DNA of 64,000 nucleotides from Actinomycetota bacterium (GTDB lineage Bacteria; Actinomycetota; Thermoleophilia; Solirubrobacterales; Solirubrobacteraceae): NCBI GenBank assembly GCA_018268595.1, contig JAFDWH010000004.1, positions 237,531 to 301,530 of the forward strand, read 5' to 3'. Shown piece by piece: positions 57,083 to 64,000 of this stretch (position 1 is its first letter; each line of letters starts with the position of its first letter). The notes under the pieces were generated by a model. It saw only the letters and a program-made list of their open reading frames with translations, ran no database searches and was not told where the DNA came from. The position numbers and the translations under genes were made by a program.

Positions 57083-60000
57083 CTAGAGACCAGGCGAGGC
57101 ATGCCACCGCTGCACCTGAGCGACCTCATCGATCGATTCGAGGGGAACCGCTAGCGCTGCGCGCAGCTCTGCGATATCGACCAGCTCAACCGGATACTTC
57201 GTGGGAGCCCTCAACACCGCCTCAGCCGCCGAGAGCGGCATCTCGGCGACCCGACGGGTATCGCGATAGAAGTACATAAGCTGCGTGTCGTGGAAGACCC
57301 CAGCAGTGAACGCGCGACGCGCCAACTTTAGAGGGTCGTCCCAGCTTTCGGACGGGTTCATGACGAGTCGGTCGAACTCAACCCGAAGCCGAAAACGGAG
57401 GATCGCCGGACTTCTTCCCGCATAGTCCGCGACGTACCGTCGGCACAGTTCGTACTGAGCATCCATGTTCGACCGCGCAGCGAGCAACGCAGCCGTGCGC
57501 GCGGAGACCGCGACAGACATGTCAGGCAAAGGCACGCGGCGCCTGAGGTCGCGGGGATTACCCGTACCGACAGCACGCGTCACACCGCGGTGGACCTGCT
57601 CATATTCCTCGACCTTCAAGCCTCGAAGCGCCTGATCGAGCGACAGCAGAACACTTAGGAGGGTCGTGGGCCCAGCCCAGGCGAACGCCAGCATTACGAC
57701 GAACTGTCGCTCGGCCAGCGATCTCGCGCCCTCAAGCTGAGCTTCCCACCACCTCGCCGCGCCCGCTCTTTGGCGTGCCCTACGAGCTCGCACGCAAAGT
57801 GGTTCCACGATTTCGGAGATGGGTGCTGTCAAATTGGCCTGGGACCCGAACTGAGCTGCCCGGACGGCCATGGCAAGCCACACAGCTCGCTCGCCAAAAT
57901 GCTGCCGCCCGAGCTCTACAGTCACGTCCCACGGCTCATTGGAATGGAGCCATCGCCGCGGATCACGAAACCGCTGATGCTCCAGAACCTCGATCACCTC
58001 GCGTGCTGCTTGCACAGTCGGCGCTTCGTCTCGTCTAGCCCCGATGACCTTTGCTTGCTCGCGACCCGGGTCAAACCAGGCCCACTCGGCGACGCGGGTC
58101 ACAGCGGCCAATGCCTGGAGCGGTGAAAGCAACCGTCTCTCACCGCTACCCAAGTGCTCATCACCACCACCCAAGATTGCATCTGCGATCGACGCCGCAC
58201 GTACCTCGTCGTGCTCACAGAAGTCGGTGTGGCCAGCGCGGAAAATTGCCGTCAGACGCTCACGGCTTCTGGGCTCGTCACAAAGCGCTTGCTGCAACTC
58301 ATCCGGCGAAGCACGATGCAAGACACCGAGCCACAAGCCCACCTGGACCCACTTCGTTCGCGCCGACCCATTGGTCTCTGCGATCTGGGCCCACCAGCGC
58401 TCCCAATTGGCGTCCGCGTGCCCATTCGCACTCGCGGAAGCTGCAAGCTGCTGGGTCACCTCCTGTGGTGCATCGAGCTTCACAGCATAGATGAGTGCTT
58501 GCCATGACCTCTCTGCAAGCCGTTCTCTACCAGAACCTTCTGGCAACATCAGCGCCCGCTGCCGCCTCGCTCGCACAGGAGGCCGTCCGACGACCAGGCG
58601 AAGCCCAAGGTCGTCGGTCACGAGGTCAATAACAGCATCTATCGATCGAGGAGACTGTGCGAACACCCAGTCTCCTAGCAGGGTCATGGCGAGACGCCTT
58701 GGCGCCGCCGTGAACTTGCGTTGGCGCTCGCCGATCAATTCCTGCAGTGCCTCAACCAGAGAACCGAGTTCCCCCTTGCTACAACAGCCTGCAAAGAATC
58801 GGGCTACGTTCAGCCAATACGGATTTCGTATGAGCGCTGCGAATCGGTCGGGACGAGTCCCACTGCGCTCTGCTCCAACTGGCGAGTATGGAGCAGTCTC
58901 ATATAGATGGCGTGCCGCGAAGTACTCGCGAAGCGGCTGAACCTCGAACTCGTAGGTGCCCTCGACGCGCGACACCATGGCAACCACTCGCGCCACCACC
59001 CCGTCAAACAGGACTCTAGCCATGGACGGGTCATGGCCTTCGGCTACCAGGAAGTCGCGGACTACCTCCTGCAAGCGTCTACCCGTGATGCGCCCGGTAG
59101 CGTGTCTCGACTCAGCTTCCAGATGAAGCATCCAAGCGAGGTAGCGATGAATCTCTACGAGGAGATCACGGTTTGCCCGTACACTCTCGTCCTTCTCTGC
59201 CTCACGACTGAAGAACGTGTCTACATAGGCGTCATAGAGTGCCGTCCGTTTGTCCGGGAGCGAGGCTCCACGAGTGTGGATAAGGCTGAGCAGGATCGCG
59301 AGCTGCATAGGATTCCTCGCGAGATCCCGCATGTGAGGCTGGTCAAGCCGCGTTCTCAGAATGCGCCGAATTTCGCCAGCGGCGTGCGGAGGGATACGCC
59401 GAGCCCGAATCCATCGCTCTGCGTAATCAGTAATCAGCTCCTGCGTGACAGAGACGAGATCGCAGTGAAGGAATGTTCGCGTCGAGAAGCCCGGAGACTT
59501 GGAGAATGCGGCCGGACGACTAGTCACGACCACCTGCATGGAAAGCGCGTTCTCGCGGAGCCGCGATACAGCGGCGGAGACTTCTTCCACTACTCGACGT
59601 CGCAGCCCAATATCAGGGACCTCGTCGAGCCCGTCAAAGACCAACAATACGGTGCTCAACCGAAGCACCGCCACGAGATCACTGACATCGAAGCTCAGTC
59701 CACCCGAGTGATATCTCACTTGGTAGGCAAGGTACGACTCGACAGTCTTCTGCCAGTCGTCCGGAACTTCTTCGTCCGGCGCGAGGGGGTTGGAACGCGT
59801 CAACCATGCGGCGTAGTCCCGCAGGTCAATCCGAAAAGGGAGGCGGGAGGGTCCTTCGCGATGACGCTCCTGCAAATCCTTCTTTGACTCGCCCAAGAGG
59901 CGCATGCGATGCACCTGGCAGAGATATTGCACCAGCGTTGACTTCCCCTGGCCGGGGGCACCTTCGATGACAACTGTGTCGAGCGTGCGCTGCCCGTCCT

Positions 60001-60847
60001 CGTCGAGCAGGAGCGACGCGGCACCTTCTTGCAACTCTCCTTCTCGAAGCGCGCTGTATAGATGCCCCTCAACTGCCTCACCCGCCGTAGCGAAGGACCG
60101 CCACTGAGAGCGCCCCCTGCCATAGCGAGACCCCAGGAGCTTCCAACGGGCGAACTCGCTAGCGTCGCCTCGCTTACGCAGCGGCAAGCGGACCATCAGG
60201 GGGACGTCGATGAACACATCGAGAAGGGGGGTCTCCAGCTCAACCTGTCGGAAGTGAACAAGACGATCTGCGTCATATTGCTGGCGAAGCCAAGCGCGGA
60301 TGGCAGAGACCCGGCGCTCAGCGGCTTCGGAGAGTCCTTCTTGGACAACCCAGCGAAGGACGTCTGCGCCAGTCAAGAGTTGAGGAAATGCCCAGTGAAG
60401 GTCCGGGGCAAGATCGAGTCGACGCGTGATGTCATCCCGCCACCTGCACTCGGCTGGGATGCTGACTGCGCCATCAAGAATTGCTGCGGCTCGGTCAATA
60501 CTTCCAATGTCGAGGTTGCCGGTACCGGGCACGTTCGTGATCACGATGTACCGATCTACCTTGTCGCGCTCCAGCAAAGCAGCGACCTTTGGTACCTCTT
60601 CGGCAAGCTCCGTAAGCAGCCACTTGTGTGGGTCTTTGACGCTAAGCGGCTTCCGGTGAAACTTGATCTGTACGACTACCTGCTCGTTGTTCGAGCCGTA
60701 CGCGCTCAGCGCGACTCCATCCCGTCCACCGTCTGCGGCTCCCAGCGGAAAGGGCTGGAGAGTCGGAAACTCCGGCAGCAGGAGGGCTTGGCAAAGTCGC
60801 TGGAAGTCCTCCGGTCCGAGTTGTTCGAGCGGATAGTCAGCCGCCAT
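57083..60847 (-). CDS. NACHT/STAND NTPase with an N-terminal Mrr-like PD-(D/E)xK nuclease module (bacterial NLR/Avs-like)
   Basis: 1254 aa. The N-terminus 'FQRLCQALLLPEF...GAADGGRDGVAL...VVVQIKF' follows the Mrr_cat-type D...(Q/E)xK pattern. Walker A 'GAPGQGKST' (59936-59962), Walker B 'LLVFDGLDEV', 'VVVTSRP' and 'ARNPMQLAILLSL' are NACHT hallmarks. The C-terminal ~600 aa are helical with no recognisable TPR/LRR/WD40. Confidence 0.85.
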   Translation of the reverse strand: MAADYPLEQLGPEDFQRLCQALLLPEFPTLQPFPLGAADGGRDGVALSAYGSNNEQVVVQIKFHRKPLSVKDPHKWLLTELAEEVPKVAALLERDKVDRYIVITNVPGTGNLDIGSIDRAAAILDGAVSIPAECRWRDDITRRLDLAPDLHWAFPQLLTGADVLRWVVQEGLSEAAERRVSAIRAWLRQQYDADRLVHFRQVELETPLLDVFIDVPLMVRLPLRKRGDASEFARWKLLGSRYGRGRSQWRSFATAGEAVEGHLYSALREGELQEGAASLLLDEDGQRTLDTVVIEGAPGQGKSTLVQYLCQVHRMRLLGESKKDLQERHREGPSRLPFRIDLRDYAAWLTRSNPLAPDEEVPDDWQKTVESYLAYQVRYHSGGLSFDVSDLVAVLRLSTVLLVFDGLDEVPDIGLRRRVVEEVSAAVSRLRENALSMQVVVTSRPAAFSKSPGFSTRTFLHCDLVSVTQELITDYAERWIRARRIPPHAAGEIRRILRTRLDQPHMRDLARNPMQLAILLSLIHTRGASLPDKRTALYDAYVDTFFSREAEKDESVRANRDLLVEIHRYLAWMLHLEAESRHATGRITGRRLQEVVRDFLVAEGHDPSMARVLFDGVVARVVAMVSRVEGTYEFEVQPLREYFAARHLYETAPYSPVGAERSGTRPDRFAALIRNPYWLNVARFFAGCCSKGELGSLVEALQELIGERQRKFTAAPRRLAMTLLGDWVFAQSPRSIDAVIDLVTDDLGLRLVVGRPPVRARRQRALMLPEGSGRERLAERSWQALIYAVKLDAPQEVTQQLAASASANGHADANWERWWAQIAETNGSARTKWVQVGLWLGVLHRASPDELQQALCDEPRSRERLTAIFRAGHTDFCEHDEVRAASIADAILGGGDEHLGSGERRLLSPLQALAAVTRVAEWAWFDPGREQAKVIGARRDEAPTVQAAREVIEVLEHQRFRDPRRWLHSNEPWDVTVELGRQHFGERAVWLAMAVRAAQFGSQANLTAPISEIVEPLCVRARRARQRAGAARWWEAQLEGARSLAERQFVVMLAFAWAGPTTLLSVLLSLDQALRGLKVEEYEQVHRGVTRAVGTGNPRDLRRRVPLPDMSVAVSARTAALLAARSNMDAQYELCRRYVADYAGRSPAILRFRLRVEFDRLVMNPSESWDDPLKLARRAFTAGVFHDTQLMYFYRDTRRVAEMPLSAAEAVLRAPTKYPVELVDIAELRAALAVPLESIDEVAQVQRWHASPGL

Positions 60848-61074
60848 TGCGCGCGAGTCTTACATGCGGTCCTGAGCTCGGCGCCAGTTCCGTGTAGGAA
60901 TGTCCCTAGCGGGGCTGGCGAGATCCAAGCTCGCGCCGTAGGTCCAGCAAACGGTTGCGAGCGTCGCTCCCTCCGCGTCAAGTCCTCTGACACCACGGAG
61001 AACTCAATGGCTGTAAGCACGCTGGTTCGAGACTTGACTGCGGTGGGTCCTACTTCGATCTGCGCGCGACCCGA

Positions 61075-61534
61075 GCGCACGAGCTTGTCGAAGCTGACGC
61101 CGTGGTCGCGCTTGACGCGCTGCTCCAACCGCGCGTAGACATCAAGCGTCATGGTCGAGCCGCATGCCTGACCTGTCCCATGACCCACTTGACATCGAAC
61201 TGGTTGGAGACGAGCGCCAGCGAGATATACGTGCGGCGCATCGTGTGCGGCGTGGTGCGCGGCAGCGGGGCGGGCCGTGCCACATCCGTGCGGTTGCGCC
61301 AACCGGCGAGCAGGACCATGCTGGCGGCTATGGCGCGTCGAGGGGTCCGATCCTTCCCGCAAGCACCTCACGTGCGACGGTGCGATGCGGAAGCCGAGAA
61401 GGTTCTCGCGGTCGATCACGGGATGGCGGCGCTCGACGACGCTCGGGCGCGCGGGATGCTCCCGTCGAGCGAGGCAGATCGCCTCGCGCTCCAGGAGGTC
61501 CAAGCCGTACGCCAGGCCCGGCGGCTCATGCATA
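61075..61534 (-). pseudogene. tyrosine recombinase/integrase C-terminal remnant (truncated, frameshifted)
   Basis: The reverse strand reads '...LPRTTPHTMRRTYISLALVSNQFDVKWVMGQVRHAA' (H-x-x-R box). After a 1-nt shift it reads 'STMTLDVYARLEQRVKRDHG' (catalytic Tyr). There is no room for an N-terminal domain before the next gene. Confidence 0.55.
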
Positions 61535-61599
61535 GTGACGGCAGCAGGTAGCCCGATTTCTCCGAGGCTGACGTCTTCATACTCCGATAGACCTCTGCA

Positions 61600-61884
61600 A
61601 TGCCCGACGCGATATCCGAGCTCCTGCTGACCGAGGCGGCGATCGACAAGCTCGGCGCGCGAGGAATCTCGGTCGAGGAGGTCCATCAGCTCGTCCGCAA
61701 CGCCAACGTCACGGTGCGCAACCCAAGCAGCGATCCGCCAGACAAGCGACGGTTGCTGATCGGCCGCACCGACGGCGGCCGAGCGCTGACGCTTGTGGTC
61801 GAGCGGACGAGCGACCCCACGACCTGGCTGACCGTCACGGGCTGGGATGCGACGCCGCGCGAGCGTAGACTTCTTGGGAGCTGA
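61600..61884 (+). CDS. BrnT-like (DUF497) toxin
   Basis: 94 aa. 'GISVEEV......V.N.......RRLLIGRTDGGRALTLVVER.......VTGWDATPRERRL' follows the BrnT pattern. ATGA overlap with the next gene. Confidence 0.55.
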   Translation: MPDAISELLLTEAAIDKLGARGISVEEVHQLVRNANVTVRNPSSDPPDKRRLLIGRTDGGRALTLVVERTSDPTTWLTVTGWDATPRERRLLGS

Positions 61885-62111
61885 TGCCCGTGGATCCGTG
61901 GACAGACCCTGACCCGCAGCCCGGGGACTTCGACCCCGACCTGGCGGACGTCGATCCGCGCTACGTCGAGGCCCACCCCGCGAACCCCGACGCGAAGCTC
62001 ACCATCATCGTGGGCATCGAGGACCAGGACGCCGAGCGGCTCCAGCAACTTGCCGCTGAGCGCCATCAACGCCCCGGCGAGGTCATCTCCTCGCTGCTGC
62101 GCAGCGCCTGA
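61884..62111 (+). CDS. putative antitoxin (BrnA/ribbon-helix-helix-like C-terminus)
   Basis: 75 aa, acidic N-terminus. The C-terminal 'LTIIVGIEDQDAERLQQLAAERHQRPGEVISSLLRSA' resembles a CopG/RHH fold. Translationally coupled to the BrnT-like gene. Confidence 0.5.
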   Translation: MPVDPWTDPDPQPGDFDPDLADVDPRYVEAHPANPDAKLTIIVGIEDQDAERLQQLAAERHQRPGEVISSLLRSA

Positions 62112-62392
62112 CGCTCCCGGGGCCGCGCCCGCCGACTGGCGCCCGGTGCTCGGTCAGCCGGTGTCGAGCAAGCCTTCGCGGGCCTCGCGCAAATCGGCGA
62201 GCAAGCTAGCGTCGGCCGGTGCCTCGCACCGGATGCCGTAGCGCAAGTAGATCTGCGCCGACGAGCAGGCGGAGAGTCCCAGCGCCTCCTCTACCCGGCG
62301 CGGTTGCGGGCACGGCGCTGACGGCTCCGCATCGAGACGTCCATGCCTCCCGGGCCCTCGGCCGCGGTGTAGCGCTCCGCTACACTCTCGTG

Positions 62393-62746
62393 ATGGCGAC
62401 GATGCCGACCCGCATCCAGAGCGACCTGTTCGAGGCCGCCAAGCAAGCCGGCGAGGTCCATAGCCGCAGCGCTGCGCAGCAGATCGACCATTGGGCACGC
62501 ATCGGCCGTGAGCTGGAGGCCTCCCCGGCGGTGACCCACGACCAAGTCGCACGAGTGCTCGCGGGCACCGCCTCCTACGACGTGCTGGGCGAGACCGCCC
62601 AAGCCGTCGTCCGCGCGCGGTGGGACGAGGACATCGCCGAGCGCGCCGCCGCGCTGGATCTCGAAGCGGACCTGATCGCTGCCGGCGACTCGTGGGCCGA
62701 GGCCGACGCCGAGGGCAAGCTCGTCGTGCGCCACACGACCGATTGA
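62393..62746 (+). CDS. ParD-like antitoxin (zeta-toxin partner type)
   Basis: 'PTRIQSDLFEAAKQAGEVHSRSAAQQIDHWARIGRELE' matches my memory of the ParD_like family N-terminus. TTGA overlap with the downstream P-loop gene. Confidence 0.55.
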   Translation: MATMPTRIQSDLFEAAKQAGEVHSRSAAQQIDHWARIGRELEASPAVTHDQVARVLAGTASYDVLGETAQAVVRARWDEDIAERAAALDLEADLIAAGDSWAEADAEGKLVVRHTTD

Positions 62747-63318
62747 GCACGCCGGTCCTGCACGTGCTTGCCGGGCCCAACGGCGCGGGCAAGTCGACCT
62801 TCGCGCACCGTGTGCTGCAGCCCGCGACGCACCTGCCGTTCGTCAACGCCGACGAGATCGCGGCGAAGCGCTGGCCCGGCGAGGAGCAAGCACACGCCTA
62901 CCAAGCGGCAGCCGCTGCGGCTGCCGCGCGCGAGGTGGCGCTGACCGCGCGCACCTCGTTCATCACCGAGACCGTGTTCAGCCATCCGAGCAAGCGCGAC
63001 CTCGTCGCGCAAGCGCAACAGGCCGGCTACCGCGTCGAGATCCACGTGATGATGGTCCCCGTCGAGGTGACCGTTGCCCGCGTGGCCTTCCGCGTCGCAC
63101 ACGGGGGCCACGGTGTCCCCGAGACGAAGATCCGCGAGCGCTACGAGCGCCTGTGGGCACTTGTCGTCGACGCGGCGAAGATCGCCGCGCGCGCGACCTT
63201 CTACGACAACACGCGGGCGCGCACGCCCTTCGTGCCCGTGGCGCGACTGGAGCGCGGGCACCTGACCGGCCCAGCCGCTTGGCCGACGTGGACGCCGTTC
63301 CGCACGAACTCCTTCTGA
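62743..63318 (+). CDS. zeta-toxin-like P-loop kinase/ATPase
   Basis: TTG start. Walker A 'LAGPNGAGKSTF', 'FITETVFSHPSK' (Walker B-like) and 'HGGHGVPE..IRERY' are typical of zeta/AAA_33-like toxins. Confidence 0.7.
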   Translation: MSTPVLHVLAGPNGAGKSTFAHRVLQPATHLPFVNADEIAAKRWPGEEQAHAYQAAAAAAAAREVALTARTSFITETVFSHPSKRDLVAQAQQAGYRVEIHVMMVPVEVTVARVAFRVAHGGHGVPETKIRERYERLWALVVDAAKIAARATFYDNTRARTPFVPVARLERGHLTGPAAWPTWTPFRTNSF

Positions 63319-63466
63319 GCAACCGCTCTGCGGGCGGCTGGCGCTGACCGGAGTGGGGAGCGTCCCGACGGTGCTCGACCACGGGGGCCGCGCGGGCGCG
63401 CCCGAGCCCGGCCGAGCGCCCGCGGCGACCTGATGCGCCGCCGGCGCGGCGCTGCGCCGGCTCCGC

Positions 63467-64000
63467 TCAAGCCCGTGGGGACGGTCGTCTCGGACCCGTC
63501 GGCTCGCGCAACGGCCTGATCGTGGACGGCACGTAGAACTTGCGCGGCCTGCCGCGGCTGCGCGTGCCGACGCGGATCTCGGCTTGACCGTTCGCCTCGA
63601 GATGTTCGAGATAGCGGCGCACGGTGACGCGCGCGAGGCCGACCTGAGCGGCGAGCTCCTCGGCGCTGACGCCGTCCGGGTTGTTGCCGAGCGCGTGGCG
63701 AACGGCCTCGAAGGTCTCGCGCGCCAAGCCTCTCGGCAACCAGCGGCTGCCGCGACGACCGCCACCGCACGCGACCTCGATCACCTGCTGGTCGAGCAGC
63801 TCGGCCTCGAGCGCTCGTCGGCGATGCACGAACCGCCCGAGCGCCTGGTCGAGCAGGTCGAGCCCGAACGGCTTGAGCAGGTAGTCGACGACGCCGAGGT
63901 GGATGACGGCCTCGACGACCTCGGCCCGCTGGTCGGACGTCGCGACGATGATCTCGACTCCGGCGCTGTGCGCACGTAGCCGGCGGGCGAGCGCCAGGCC
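63467..64000 (-). CDS. two-component response regulator (CitB/DcuR-like), 5' end outside window
   Basis: The reverse frame is open to the window edge. '...GVEIIVATSDQRAEVVEAVIHLGVVDYLLKPF' is the receiver C-terminus. A C-terminal HTH follows: 'SAEELAAQVGLARVTVRRYLEHLEANG'. Confidence 0.75.
   Translation of the reverse strand, partial: GLALARRLRAHSAGVEIIVATSDQRAEVVEAVIHLGVVDYLLKPFGLDLLDQALGRFVHRRRALEAELLDQQVIEVACGGGRRGSRWLPRGLARETFEAVRHALGNNPDGVSAEELAAQVGLARVTVRRYLEHLEANGQAEIRVGTRSRGRPRKFYVPSTIRPLREPTGPRRPSPRA

Larger units (their letters stand above)
56281..63400. mobile_element. tRNA-Phe-adjacent genomic island remnant (defence/TA island with a decayed integrase)
   Basis: It starts at the tRNA 3' end. 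It contains a frameshifted XRE gene, a visibly lower-GC NACHT gene, a truncated and frameshifted tyrosine-recombinase C-terminus, and two TA pairs. No flanking direct repeat was found by eye, so the right boundary is approximate. Confidence 0.5.

Noticed and set aside
61010-61045. 'GGTTCGAG' near 61027, considered as a possible attR copy of the tRNA-Phe T-arm.
   Set aside because: Only 8 nt match and the flanking bases diverge. That is too short to distinguish from chance without a computational repeat search.
62154-62330. Minus-strand ORF tail '...LGLSACSSAQIYLRYGI...LADLREAREGLLDTG', considered as a resolvase/HTH remnant.
   Set aside because: There is only a vague resemblance to an HTH, no start or RBS context, and the rest of the ORF is an Arg/Pro-rich artefact.

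Overview
High-GC (by eye, not computed) actinobacterium-type chromosomal segment, densely coding on both strands. All calls come from reading the supplied ORF translations and the DNA for motifs I recognise. No homology or structure search was run.

Most of the window is core metabolism:
- 1-7.7 kb: a surface-polysaccharide cluster with GT2 and GT1 glycosyltransferases, an O-antigen-ligase-like/TPR protein, a priming sugar-phosphate transferase, a UDP-glucuronate decarboxylase and an orphan receiver protein.
- Ferritin, a fused MoaD-MoaE, and an acyl-CoA mutase large subunit.
- Acyl-CoA carboxylase beta (18.2 kb) and alpha (30.7 kb) subunits, and pyrD.
- 21.6-29.7 kb: a sulfate-assimilation cluster with a rhodanese, sulfite reductase, Fe-S type cysH, TauE, cysD and cysN.
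- sucCD, an aminotransferase, DtxR- and LysR-family regulators, an EamA transporter and an ATP-dependent DNA ligase.
- Glycerate kinase and gpsA, then a TetR/reductase/desaturase (DesA3-like) module.
- A DEXH-DUF1998 helicase, an M23 peptidase and an acyl-CoA synthetase.

Accessory or unusual content:
1. tRNA-Phe (56208-56280) is followed by a roughly 7 kb island remnant. It carries a frameshifted XRE gene, a visibly lower-GC 1254-aa NACHT/STAND NTPase with an N-terminal Mrr-like nuclease module and an unassignable C-terminal sensor, a decayed tyrosine-integrase fragment, and two toxin-antitoxin pairs (BrnT/BrnA-like and ParD-like/zeta-like).
2. A translationally coupled two-gene operon (42606-44509, minus strand) encodes a signal-less aerolysin/ETX-MTX2-like putative beta-pore-former and an EEP (DNase I/sphingomyelinase-fold) hydrolase.
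3. Two tandem paralogous secreted proteins of about 890-aa (11.5-17.0 kb) carry a four-fold repeated Cys-loop motif.
4. A 184-nt nested-hairpin element lies between convergent genes (33889-34072).
5. A small putative toxin/DUF2283 pair lies at 8.4-9.0 kb.

The best candidates for an undescribed system are the NACHT island gene and the pore-former/EEP pair. Both are inferences that need structure/HMM searches and experiments.
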